From the NCBI GenBank assembly GCA_963732405.1, contig CAVSZG010000002.1:22059-86058 (forward strand): 64,000 nucleotides of DNA, read 5' to 3'. The DNA is from an uncultured beta proteobacterium. GTDB taxonomy: Bacteria > Pseudomonadota > Gammaproteobacteria > Burkholderiales > Burkholderiaceae_E. A model generated the notes under the pieces. That model was given only the letters and a program-made list of their open reading frames with translations, ran no database searches and was not told the DNA's origin. Shown in pieces: positions 8,490-18,518 of the stretch (its first letter is position 1; the number at the start of each line of letters is the position of its first letter). The position numbers and the translations under genes were made by a program.

Positions 8490-10597
8490 CCGACGTCGTG
8501 ATCCCCATCCGCGAGCCGGCGGCAGCAATGCTGGCCGCGGCCGATGCGCCGGCCTCGAAGGGGGGCCGGCCGATCGGCTCCCGCCAGCCGCTCGAGCGCG
8601 GCGTGCGGGCAGTGCACCGCGGGCATTTCGCCTTCATGCGCGCGGTCGTCCAGGGGCTGCCGATGGGCGAGAATTTTCATCGCTACCTGCCGCACGAAGC
8701 CGACGCGGGCGGGGCGCGCTCAGCTGCCACGACGCTGGCCTGGTTGCGCGCGGAACTGGCGGCGGCCGCTCGCAAGGAACATCGCTACGCGACCGCACGC
8801 CTGATGAGCCTGGCCATCCTGCACCAGCCCGACTCGCTGCAAGCGCTGCCGGGCATCGACGAGTGGGCGTCCGCGCGCGGCTTGGAGGTCCATAGCGAGG
8901 CAGAAAAGCTGCAGGCCTACCAGGCCGCGCAGAGTACGGCGACCCGCCACCGGATGGTGCGGCACGCGCGCCTGGTTGAGCAGCAACTGAGCGAGCTCCG
9001 GTGGCTGGAGGATCTGATCGTGCGCCAGCCCCAGGCAGGCGACGCCTGTGGGGCGTGGTTCACGCGCTCAGTGGAGCAGCGCCTGAGCGGCTCGGGCCTC
9101 TTCACCCTCGCCCAGCTCGTCGATCGGATCAACGGGGCCGGGCGTCTGTGGTACCGGCCGATCGCCGGGCTCGGGGCCCGCACGGCCCAGCGCCTGCAGG
9201 CCTGGTTGCGCGCGCATGAATCATCGCTAGGCCGGGCACTCGGCCCCTATGCCACGGTGGCGCGCAGCCGCCTGTATGCGGTGGAACTGGCGGCGGTGCA
9301 ACCGCCGGCCACCGCCATCCGCCCCCTGGAGAAGTTCCAGGTGCCGGCCGAACTGGACGGCCGGGCAGGGCGCTACCGCCAGCCGCAGGCGCAATGCCTG
9401 ATGAGGGCACGCAACGACTACGAAGCGATCCTGGCCTGGTTGCAGGCCAAACGCCCCAAGTCGCCAGCCGCGCAGGCCCAGCAGCGCGCCCGCAAGCGCG
9501 GGCGCGACGCCACCGATCCGGCCGCGCCGCTCGCCTGGCTTGAAGTGCTCTCGCACACCCAGCGATCGTGCCGCAAGGAGGCCGAGCGCTTCCTGCTCTG
9601 GGCAATCCTGGCGCGCGGCAAGCCGCTCTCGTCGATGTCGACCGAGGACTGCATCGCGTACCGGGATTTCCTCGCCGACCCGCAACCGGCCGACACCTGG
9701 TGCGGGCCACGCGGGCGCGAGCGCTGGTCGCCACTCTGGCGCCCGTTCGAGGGGCCGCTGTCGCAATCAGCGCAGCACCTGGCGATTACGCAGTTGTGCA
9801 ACCTCTACACATTCCTGGCGAACCAGAACTACCTGATGGGCAATCCGTGGATGGGGGTGGCGACGCCGCGTCGGCCGGGGCCGGGGCTGGACGCGAGCCG
9901 CAGATTCACCGCGCGGCAGTGGCAGTTGATCCTGGACTACGTGAAGGGGCTGGACGACACCGAGAAGAACCGACGCATCGCGCTGGCGCTGGGGCTGCTG
10001 TATGCGACCGGGTTGCGGCTGGGTGAGGCGGTGAATGCCAAAGTGGCGGACCTGACCTGGGTCGAGTATCCGCCCGACAGCGACGGAGGCGCGCCGGTGA
10101 CCGGGTGGGAACTGAAGGTGCTGGGTAAGGGGGAGAAGCTGCGCGAGGTCGTGGTGCCGGAATCGGTCGTGGCTCTGCTGCGTGGGTATTTGGTCGCAAG
10201 AGGCTTGCCCGGCAATCTGAACGCGTCGGAAAACCCTGAAGCATTCCTGTTGGCGCCGCTCACGCACCAGACCAAGCCGGCGGACCGATTCGGCGTGTCA
10301 GCCGGGCAGGGCGCCGGCGCGGGCCTCGCGGCCGCAACGCTCTATGCATTGCTGAAAACCCTCTTCGACAAATGCGCGGACGACGTATCGGTGCATCATC
10401 CCGCTGAGGGTGATCGAATCCGGCGCGCGAGCACGCACTGGTTACGGCACACTCATGCGAGCCATGCGATTGCGAACGGCGTGCCGATCAAAGTGGCGCA
10501 GGCCAGCCTTGGGCATGCGTCGCTGGCGACTACGACGGTTTATGTCACGACCGAGAAAGCGCGCAGGATGCGGGCGATGCAGGAAGCGATGAAGTGA
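8486..10597 (+). CDS. large tyrosine recombinase/integrase (DUF3701-type N-terminal region + phage-integrase catalytic domain)
   Basis: The C-terminus has ATGLRLGE, LGKGEK, THWLRHTHASH, LGHASLATTTVYV (R..K..HxxR..H..Y). The long N-terminal region (HFAFMRAVVQGL...) is typical of roughly 700-aa island integrases. Confidence 0.9.
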   Translation: MTDVVIPIREPAAAMLAAADAPASKGGRPIGSRQPLERGVRAVHRGHFAFMRAVVQGLPMGENFHRYLPHEADAGGARSAATTLAWLRAELAAAARKEHRYATARLMSLAILHQPDSLQALPGIDEWASARGLEVHSEAEKLQAYQAAQSTATRHRMVRHARLVEQQLSELRWLEDLIVRQPQAGDACGAWFTRSVEQRLSGSGLFTLAQLVDRINGAGRLWYRPIAGLGARTAQRLQAWLRAHESSLGRALGPYATVARSRLYAVELAAVQPPATAIRPLEKFQVPAELDGRAGRYRQPQAQCLMRARNDYEAILAWLQAKRPKSPAAQAQQRARKRGRDATDPAAPLAWLEVLSHTQRSCRKEAERFLLWAILARGKPLSSMSTEDCIAYRDFLADPQPADTWCGPRGRERWSPLWRPFEGPLSQSAQHLAITQLCNLYTFLANQNYLMGNPWMGVATPRRPGPGLDASRRFTARQWQLILDYVKGLDDTEKNRRIALALGLLYATGLRLGEAVNAKVADLTWVEYPPDSDGGAPVTGWELKVLGKGEKLREVVVPESVVALLRGYLVARGLPGNLNASENPEAFLLAPLTHQTKPADRFGVSAGQGAGAGLAAATLYALLKTLFDKCADDVSVHHPAEGDRIRRASTHWLRHTHASHAIANGVPIKVAQASLGHASLATTTVYVTTEKARRMRAMQEAMK

Positions 10598-10862
10598 ATA
10601 TTCAGTCCGCCGCGGCAACTCCCCGGAACATTGGGAAATAAGTGCTAGACAAGGCTATCACGAAAAATTCCCACCACACGCTCCAGCATCTCTAGTGAAG
10701 ATCGAAACGCGTTGGTCATGACCACATCCTCTAGATGTCGTGGTCTCCGAAAAGACCGAGACGGATCAATCCGAAGTTCGAGCCGATTTATTGTGAAGCC
10801 GACACGGACGAAGAGAATAAAAGCAACTAAAGAGGTACCAAAACCAATGTCAAATTCATGGA

Positions 10863-11093
10863 GTGCGCGTGTCATCACCAATTCAATTGACTAATGAAGA
10901 CATCAAGCGCCTAAAGGATACTCAGCTTGTCGAATTGCTATGGCAATTGGTCTATCTAGAACTCACCGCAAATTCAATTGAGCAGTACGACAGTCAGGTA
11001 CCGCTCTCAATCTACATCAAGGACGGAGGTATTGATGGACTCGCGCTGTGGCACGATGGCCCAGATAAAACTGCCATGTTTCCCTGCCTGTAG
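10863..11093 (+). pseudogene. 5' fragment of an Avs-like nuclease-NTPase gene (first half of the Mrr-like PD-(D/E)xK core), cut by IS21
   Basis: ...LSIYIKDGGIDGLALWHDGPDKTAMFPC, then L* read from the IS end. The GTG/TTG start is uncertain. Confidence 0.7.
11083..11088. repeat. target-site duplication, left copy (CCTGCC)
   Basis: The identical hexamer lies immediately outside both IS termini (11083-11088 and 14531-14536). Confidence 0.8.
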
Positions 11094-11145
11094 GTGCCGC
11101 TCAGAACGCGCGACTATTTGCCGCTATTCGCTGACCGACTGATTT

Positions 11146-11189
11146 CACGATAAGGCCGGCGGGACTCGAGTCCCGCCGGCCTTATCGTG
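11146..11189. repeat. perfect 44-bp palindrome inside the IS left end
   Basis: cacgataaggccggcgggactc / gagtcccgccggccttatcgtg, with 22-nt arms and no mismatch. Confidence 0.85.
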
Positions 11190-11395
11190 GCAGCTTGGTC
11201 GGGCGGTTTGCTGCGTTGCAGGGGTGACGCGGGTCCGTTCCAGGCGTACAACGAATCCGCCGATGAGGTGGGGGCAACGCCGGTCAGATTTCGAGGTCAG
11301 TCTGGCGTGGCCCCCGGTACCGTGCGTCCGCACAGCCTGCGCAGTATCGCCGCTGCGTCGGTTCAAGTCCAGCGCTCATCGGCCGGATTGCGCCG

Positions 11396-11884
11396 ATGCC
11401 CGAGTCGATACGCCTGTTCCTGTGCGCCCGCTGCCGGTGCCAGGTGTTCTTGTGCCGCCGATGTGATCGTGGCCAGGTGTATTGCCTTCACGGGTGCGCG
11501 GTGGCTGCGCGACGCCAGTCGCGCCTTCAGGCTGCCCACCGCTACGCGCGCAGCGTCCGGGGCCGAACCCGCAACGCGCTTCGTCAGCGCCGATTTCGCC
11601 AGCGCCGCCGTGATGCGACCGTCCAAACCGACCCTCTCGAAGAGCTCGGCCAGAGCGGCGAACTTGTAAAAGTAACGCATCAGGGTTCCCCCGCAGTGCG
11701 CCTGCTTGCTCTACTGGCCAGCCCGACAAGCAGGACGGTTGCAGCGTCGGTTTCTTCGTCTCCGAATGCGCTGCGCTGTCACGGTTGCGGGAATCAGAGC
11801 GCCAGGTTCGTGCGGCGCGGGTTCTTGCCCCCGCTCGAACGTCGTCGCCGTCCGACTGTGCCCGCCGCCCCAATGCCGCCATGA
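11396..11884 (+). CDS. Cys-rich (zinc-ribbon-like) protein encoded inside the IS upstream of istA
   Basis: MPESIRLFLCARCRCQVFLCRRCDRGQVYCLHGC...CHGCG. Its TGA overlaps the istA ATG (ATGA at 11881-11884). An antisense ORF 11363..11680 competes with it. Confidence 0.5.
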   Translation: MPESIRLFLCARCRCQVFLCRRCDRGQVYCLHGCAVAARRQSRLQAAHRYARSVRGRTRNALRQRRFRQRRRDATVQTDPLEELGQSGELVKVTHQGSPAVRLLALLASPTSRTVAASVSSSPNALRCHGCGNQSARFVRRGFLPPLERRRRPTVPAAPMPP

Positions 11885-13455
11885 CCATAGACCGTGACAC
11901 CCAGACCCGGATCCTGCGCTACCACTTCGTGGAGGGCTGGCCGGTCAACACGATCGCCGCGCAACTGCAGGTGCACCATTCGGTGGTGGACCGGGTGATC
12001 TCGCAGGCCGGCCAGCCCAAGAGCGAACGCACCCGGCGCGCCTCCAAGATCGATCCGTTCGTGCCCTTCATCCTGCAGACCCTGGAGCAGTTCCCTCGCC
12101 TGAGCGCCGCGCGCCTGTACGGCATGGCCTGTGCGCGCGGCTATCAGGGTGCCAGCAGTCACTTCCGCGCCCGCGTGGCGCAGCTGCGCCCACCGCGGAT
12201 CGCCCCGGCTTACCTGCGCCTGCGCACCCTGGCCGGCGAACAATGCCAAGTGGACTGGGCTCACTTCGGCCAGGTGCAGATCGGTTCGGCCAGCCGCCCG
12301 CTGATGGCCTTCGTGATGGTGCTCTCGTATAGCCGGATGCTGTTCGTGCGCTTTTACCTGAACGCGCGCATGGACAGCTTCCTGGACGGGCACGTGCGAG
12401 CCTTCGAGCTGTTGGGTGGGGCCACCCGCTCGTGCCTGTACGACAACTTAAAATCAGCCGTGTTGGAGCGGCGCGGCCAGGCCATCCGATTCAATCCGGC
12501 GTTGCTGGAATTGGCGGCTCATTATCGGTTCGAGCCCCGTGCCGCCGCCCCCGGGCGGGGCAACGAAAAGGGGCGCGTGGAGAGGGCTATTCGGTACCTT
12601 CGCCAAGCCTTCTTCGCCGCCCGAATCTGGTCCGATGTGACCGATCTGAATGCCCAGGCTCAGGCCTGGTGTTTGAACGAAGCCGCTCAGCGTCCCTGGG
12701 CCGAGGGTCCCCAGCGCACCGTCGGACAGGTCTGGCGCGAGGAGCAAGCGCTGCTGGTCGACTTGCCCGACACCCCGTTCTGCGCCCAGGAGTTGACCGA
12801 AGTGCGCGTGGGCAAGACCCCCTATGTGCGCTTCGATCTGAACGACTACACGGTGCCCCACACCCATGTGCACCGCACCCTGACCGTTGCCGCCACCCAC
12901 GAGACCGTTCGCGTGCTCGAGGGGGTGCAGGTTCTGGCGTGCCATCCGCGCAACTGGGGACGCAACGAATGCATCGAGCAGCCCGAACATGTCCAAGCGC
13001 TGGTGGCCGACAAGCGCCAGGCACGCGAGCACCGAGCGCAGGATCGCCTGGCGCTGGCCGCCCCGGCCAGCGTCATGTTGCTGGAAACGGCCGCCGCCGC
13101 CGGGCGGCCGATCGCCAGCCTCGTGCGCGAGCTCGATGAATTACTGGATCACTACGGCGGGACCGAATTGCAGCTGGCCTGCACCGAGGCGCTGGCCGCC
13201 GGGGTGGCCCACACCAACGCCGTGCGCCAGGTGCTCGAGCGCCGGCGCGATGCACGCGCCTTGCCCCCGCCGCTGGCCGTGGCCCTGCCCGACGATGCGC
13301 GGGTGCGCAACCTGGTGGTCAGACCCGCTTCGTTGGCCGCCTACGATCAACTGGGCGCCGCCACGACCGATCCGAACGAGGATCCGAACGCCAACAGCGC
13401 GGCCCAACCCTGGACATCCGAACCGCCTTCTGAGGAGACCTCGTCATGGCCATGA
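11881..13455 (+). CDS. istA: IS21-family transposase IstA
   Basis: An HTH N-terminus, a DDE core (QVDWAHFG...LYDNLKSAV...GNEKGRVERAIRYLRQ) and a length of 524 aa. Confidence 0.95.
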   Translation: MTIDRDTQTRILRYHFVEGWPVNTIAAQLQVHHSVVDRVISQAGQPKSERTRRASKIDPFVPFILQTLEQFPRLSAARLYGMACARGYQGASSHFRARVAQLRPPRIAPAYLRLRTLAGEQCQVDWAHFGQVQIGSASRPLMAFVMVLSYSRMLFVRFYLNARMDSFLDGHVRAFELLGGATRSCLYDNLKSAVLERRGQAIRFNPALLELAAHYRFEPRAAAPGRGNEKGRVERAIRYLRQAFFAARIWSDVTDLNAQAQAWCLNEAAQRPWAEGPQRTVGQVWREEQALLVDLPDTPFCAQELTEVRVGKTPYVRFDLNDYTVPHTHVHRTLTVAATHETVRVLEGVQVLACHPRNWGRNECIEQPEHVQALVADKRQAREHRAQDRLALAAPASVMLLETAAAAGRPIASLVRELDELLDHYGGTELQLACTEALAAGVAHTNAVRQVLERRRDARALPPPLAVALPDDARVRNLVVRPASLAAYDQLGAATTDPNEDPNANSAAQPWTSEPPSEETSSWP

Positions 13456-14243
13456 ACCCATCAAACTCGTCGCGCGTGCCACTTCGCGAGCGCGCCGCGG
13501 CCCTGCAATTGAGCGGCCTGATCGCCCACTGGGATGAACTGCTCGACACTCAGTCCGATTGGCTGGAAGCCCTGATCACCTGGGAGGAGAACGAGCGCAA
13601 CGATCGGGGCCTGCGCCGGCGGCTTCGCAACGCGCGCATCGGCCACTTCAAGCCGATGGCCGACTTCGACTGGGACTGGCCCACCGCCTGCGACCGGGCC
13701 GCCATCACCGAGTTGATGATCCTGGGCTTCTTGCACGACAAGTCCAACGTCGTGCTGGTCGGGGGCAACGGCGTGGGCAAGACCATGATCGCGCAGAACC
13801 TGGCCCACCAGTGCGTGCTGCGTGGGCGCTCGGCGCTGTTCGCCAACGCGGCAGCGATGCTCGGCGAACTGGCCGCCCAGGACAGCGACAATGCGCTGCG
13901 ACGCAAGCTGCGTCACTACACGCGCCCGGATCTGCTCGTGATCGACGAAGTCGGGTATCTGTCCTACGGCACGCGCCACGCCGACCTGCTGTTCGAGATC
14001 ATCAACCGCCGCTACGAGACCAAGTCGACGGTTGTGACGACGAATCGACCGTTTGCCGAATGGAACGAGGTGTTCCCCAACGCCGCCTGCGTGGTCTCGA
14101 TCATCGATCGGCTCGTGCACCATGCCGAGATCATCCAGATCGAGGGCCAGTCATACCGACACAAGGAAGCCCAGGAGCGCACCGAGCAGCGCAGGGCCGA
14201 ACGCAAGCGCAAGGCGATGCCCAACCGAGGGCACAAATCATGA
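13446..14243 (+). CDS. istB: IS21-family helper ATPase IstB
   Basis: Walker A GGNGVGKT and Walker B LLVIDEVGYL. It overlaps the istA 3' end. Confidence 0.95.
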   Translation: MAMNPSNSSRVPLRERAAALQLSGLIAHWDELLDTQSDWLEALITWEENERNDRGLRRRLRNARIGHFKPMADFDWDWPTACDRAAITELMILGFLHDKSNVVLVGGNGVGKTMIAQNLAHQCVLRGRSALFANAAAMLGELAAQDSDNALRRKLRHYTRPDLLVIDEVGYLSYGTRHADLLFEIINRRYETKSTVVTTNRPFAEWNEVFPNAACVVSIIDRLVHHAEIIQIEGQSYRHKEAQERTEQRRAERKRKAMPNRGHKS

Positions 14244-14452
14244 TCTCGCGTCTGGTCATCTACACCGACTGGAATGCCCAACAGGCCGACGCGACAATCC
14301 AACTCCTGAAGACCTTGCTGACCGAGATCGCCGACATCCATGGGGAACAAATCCGGCGTCACCGCGCCGCAATCGTAGAACCTCACAGCGAAATCGACGC
14401 CCAGCTATCGCTTGAACTGGAACCCCACCGGGAGGAACCAACACCGCTCTGA
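14240..14452 (+). CDS. small ORF (70 aa) coupled to istB, inside the IS
   Basis: Its ATG overlaps the istB TGA (ATGA at 14240-14243): MISRLVIYTDWNAQQADATIQLLKTLLTEIADIHGEQ... I recognise no family. Confidence 0.3.
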   Translation: MISRLVIYTDWNAQQADATIQLLKTLLTEIADIHGEQIRRHRAAIVEPHSEIDAQLSLELEPHREEPTPL

Positions 14453-14530
14453 CGACCGGCATCGTGAGAATCCGCGTTGCCGCCGCCAGCAATAGCGGCG
14501 AATATCCGCGGATTTACGCCGTCGTTAACA

Positions 14531-14536
14531 CCTGCC
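14531..14536. repeat. target-site duplication, right copy (CCTGCC)
   Basis: See the left copy at 11083-11088. Confidence 0.8.
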
Positions 14537-17500
14537 GCAACGTCGGCTTTCAAGCAAAGGCCACGGATATGTCTGAAGCTGCATGCCGCAACGAGGTTCG
14601 AGCTAGCGACGGGACACTAAAACCGCAAGTCCGAAGGCTGATCGAGAACGGCGGGTCGTATGTACTGTTTCTTGGCCGTGACTGTGTTCACGCATCTAAA
14701 GAGCCGCGTATCACTTCAATCAGAAATGCAATCGAATCTGCATCAGCCAAGAACAGAGGAACGCCATTATCAGTAGGGAATGTCTACATTTACGACGCTT
14801 CGGAAATTGCCAGTTGGGTCAATGCTTATCCGGCTGCGGTGGCCTCAGTATTTGACTTCTTGGGCAAGCCTGGCGCTGAAGCAAAATCTTGGAGGGAGAT
14901 GTCGGGGTACCCAAAATTCGAAATTTCTTTCTCAGACAAAGACAATAGTAGGAAAGAACTTCTGGAGTCCTTGCGGATTTCTGCAAACGCTGAGCGTAGC
15001 GTAACGCGCCTAACGGGGTCCTCCGGTCTTGGAAAGACTCGGCTTGTCTTTGAGGCATTTCGTCCGCCGAATGCCGCCTCCCAAAACTCTTTACAGGCCG
15101 CTCTCTCGGGCCGATTCTGTTACTTAGATGCGACGAAGACGGAAGATGTTCTTGGAATAGTCCGAGGGTGGCGCCGGTTGAACTCCAAAGGAATTGTCGT
15201 AGTTGATGATTGTCCTTTCGAGTTGCATGAAGATTTAACCGAGGAAATTCGTCGAGGCGACAGCCGATTGTCAATTATAACGATCGGCAACGATCACGAT
15301 CCGACGGCATATGCAGGGACGCCAACTCGATTGCTGCGCTTAGAGGCCGCGAGTTCTGACTTGATAGAGGATCTGTTGGAGTCTTCGTTCAAAGGAATAT
15401 CGCGAGAAGATCGACGCTTTATTGCCTCTGATTTGGCACAAGGATATCCCTTGATGGCAATCTTCACGGCATCTGCTCGCGAAGATGGTGCGCCGCTCTC
15501 AGCCCGGATAACACCGGCGGTATTGGCCAAGCACCTTGGCGGAAGTCTAGAAGAGTCGTCGCGGGAAGCCAAAGTCATCTCAGCATGTGCTTTATTCGAG
15601 CATGTTGGATTCGACGCAGAGGCCGCTGAAGAACGCGAATTTGTAAGGACAGTGTTCTGCCACGACGTTTCAGCCGATGATTTTTACGCAGATATCGTCA
15701 AGTTCCAGAAGCTAGGCGTCGTTACGCGGTACGGTCGGATAATTCAGGTATGCCCTAAGCCTCTTGCAATTCGACTTGCCGCTGATTGGTGGGAAAAATG
15801 TCCACCAGAACGAGCCGCTGAAATCGTTCAACAAAGCTTCCCTCCGCCGCTTGCTGAGGCATTCTGCGAGCGGCTTCGTATGTTGGACTTTGTACCGGCG
15901 TTGGTAAGCATATCTGAGAAGCTTTGCGGTAGGTCCGGCCCTTTTGGCCAAGCGAAAGTGCTCAGTTCTGGACTGGGTTCACAGCTCTTTCGCGCGATAG
16001 CGGAGGTGAATCCGGTTCATGCTGTTGCGGCCCTTGAATGCGCGTTTTGCGACTGGAGTCAGAAGCAGCTCATGGAGTTGGAAGGTGAGACGCGTAGAAA
16101 CCTTGTTTGGGCGCTTGAGAAACTTGCCTTCAGAGCAGCTACGTTTCAACGCGCAACTAAGTTCTTGATTAGACTGGCGGAGGCTGAGAATGAGCGTTGG
16201 TCGAATAACGCGACGGGAGTCCTCATTCGACTGTTCATGGTGCTGCTCTCAGGCACCCAGGCACCCCTCGACAATCGGATCGTGTTGTTGCGCCTAATGG
16301 CTCGGAGTGAAAGCATCGGCATCAGACGCATTGCCGTTAAGGCACTCGCCAGCGCGCTGACCACTGACAACTTTGTGGGGGAGTCCGGGCCAGAATATCA
16401 AGGAAGCGCGGGACCACTCCCCCAGTTTAGACCAAAAACATGGAAGGAAGTATTTGATTATTGGAAGCAATGTTTAGATGAACTTGTTCGATTGTCGCAG
16501 GAGCGAACTGATGTGGGAGATGAGGCTGCAGCCACAATTGCATCCGAAATCCGAGGGCTAGTTAAGCACGGTAGGATGGATGATATGGAAAGCGCCCTTG
16601 TAAATGTGGCCAATGAGATCCGTGCGAAGGGAAAAGTGTGGACGCAAGCCATAGGTTCTATTAAGAATGCGCTGAAGTATGACCTCAAGCGTTCTCCGTT
16701 GGGTACCGAAGAACGTTTGCAGTCTTGGCTCAGAATCCTGGCTCCCTCTGACATACCACAGCGAATTAGGTTGCTAGTTTCTGAGGCACCTTTGGATCAT
16801 ATCGAGGAGAGCGACGGCAGCTGGGTAGATGTTGCCGCACGAAACGCAGAAGAGTTTGGGCGACAGCTCGGCAACGCCTGGGAGCCTTTGATAGAACATC
16901 TGCATTCCACATTGAAAGGGGAACAGCGGCAGGCATTCTCGTTCGGACGCGGCCTTGCAGAGGGCAGCCTAGTCTCAACGTCGTTGTATGAAGCTATTTT
17001 AGAAGTAGTCAAGGTAATTCCGATCGAGAACCTCAACTGCGCATTGTTGTGTGGCTGGTTGTCGGTAGCTGATGAGCAAGATCCAAACTATTGCGACTCT
17101 CTATTTGAGTCACTTGCGAGTAGTCCAGGTTTTTCTCGGTCGCTCCCGAACATTGCCCGTCGGGTGAAGCTGAATGATTTTCGAGTTACAGTCCTAGTAG
17201 GGCTGCTTGATGCCAAACACATAGACTGTAATCAACTGTATGGGCTTTCCTATGGCAAAGCAATGGAGCAAGTGTCCCGCGACTGCGCGGCCAAGCTCAG
17301 TCGGTCACTTATCAAGGGCGGCGTTGAGGGATCATGGGTTGCTCTCGATATTCTCTTTATGTACAGCCATGGCGACCGGGAGCTGATCGCGTCGTTGGAT
17401 GAAGAGTTTAGTGCGATTATAATGACCCCAGACGTGCTGCTATCGGAGCATGCCAAACGTGATTCTCACCAGTTCGAGGTTATTGCTGAACGCCTAATTG

Positions 17501-18120
17501 TTCAATCTGCTGACGTAGCGAGACACCTGACCAGCACCCTCTGCGCATGCGTGATTAGCGAGTTTGAAGTCGACGATCATCTCGCTGGGAACCTGTTTAC
17601 TGTCTTGTTTGCGAATCAGGCGAACATATCGTGGCCGATTGTTCGCCGGGCGATAGTCGTGAGTGAAGGCCTAGACAGGCTGAGGTTAGTCAATTCATTG
17701 GCTGTTCGGGATCGAATCCACGATCGTTCCGCGCCCATAGATAAGCTGGACCTGAAACTTCTTAGAGAATCGTGCTCATACGATCCGATAAATGTTCCGC
17801 CTGTGATAGCGAGAATAGTCCGAATCATCGACGAAGATGAGAATGGGGAGTGGAGGTTGTCCGAAGTCGCGATGATGTTGGTTGACGAATTTTCATTCTC
17901 CGAAGGCGTGTTGGATGCTATCGATGAAAGCCTTCACACCTTCTCGTGGTCGGGCTCGCTTGTTCCCTACTTCGATCGCCTTGTTGTTGTTATGTCTCCG
18001 TTACTTAACCACGGTCGTGAAGATGTACAACAATGGGCACAGCGCGTTATTGAGGGAGCGACGGAGAGCAAAAGGTGGGCGTCTCAACGAGACGACGAGC
18101 GAAATGTTGGCAGGAGGTAG
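14537..18120 (+). pseudogene. 3' portion of the Avs-like gene: second half of the Mrr-like nuclease core, a P-loop (STAND-like) NTPase and about 900 aa of helical repeats
   Basis: RNVGFQAKAT supplies the QxK of D...QxK. Walker A GSSGLGKT is at 15016-15039 and Walker B GIVVVDDC at 15190-15213. A long Leu/Ala-rich repeat region follows. The ORF is open from a GTG at 14464 inside the IS. Confidence 0.75.
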
Positions 18121-18139
18121 ACGGGAAGTGCTTGTATGC

Positions 18140-18325
18140 GTTCGACGAACCGATGAAGCATAACGAAATCTTCTTGAAAGCCTACGACACGGTCGCCGAT
18201 GCCCGGCGCGCAATCGCCGCCTTCATCAATTGGTACAACACCGTCGACCGCACTCTGCGATCGGCCGGATCCCGCCGATGCCTGCCTATGAGAAACTGCT
18301 GCCAACCCTTAGACTGGCGGCGTGA
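18140..18325 (+). pseudogene. IS3-family transposase (OrfB) C-terminal relic, frameshifted
   Basis: ...NEIFLKAYDTVADARRAIAAFINWYNT, then in another frame HSAIGRIPPMPAYEKLLPTLRLAA*. This resembles the integrase-core C-terminus of the IS3/IS407 group. Confidence 0.5.
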
Positions 18326-18518
18326 CGCTGCTGGTGGCCGACCTGACGCTGGACAACCCCAACGTTTGGTACGAACTGGGGGTGCGCCACGCTTTGCGCG
18401 CCCGTGGGGTGCAGCTAGTGCAGGGACCGCAGCCGACCAGTCCGTTCGACATCTATACCGACCGCAAACTGCGAGGCGATGAGGTGATGAAGGCTTTTCG
18501 GGTCTAGGGAGCAACAAA

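Larger units (their letters stand above)
11089..14530 (+). mobile_element. IS21-family insertion sequence, 3442 bp, four coupled ORFs
   Basis: It contains istA and istB. The termini are TGT...ACA. The imperfect terminal inverted repeats match at about 25 of 40 positions by my alignment and share the inner block CGCG.ATATT.GCCGCTATT. A 6-bp TSD flanks it, and excision restores the host ORF in frame. Confidence 0.9.

Noticed and set aside
7966-8700. Several overlapping 60-230-aa ORFs on both strands between the PIN-like gene and the integrase (7989..8528-, 8077..8637-, 8203..8895+, 8399..8695-).
   Set aside because: They are mutually exclusive, Arg/Pro-rich and overlap the integrase. I kept only 8124..8489, which is start/stop-coupled to the integrase, and at low confidence.
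10645-10894. Small ORFs upstream of the Avs-like gene (78 aa on the minus strand, 60 aa on the plus strand).
   Set aside because: They have no recognisable motif, are mutually exclusive and overlap the probable start of the Avs-like gene. I cannot decide from sequence alone.
11349-11375. A tRNA T-arm-like string, ggttcaagtcc.
   Set aside because: The flanking bases do not form a proper 5-bp T stem or an acceptor stem. The string lies inside the IS21 element.
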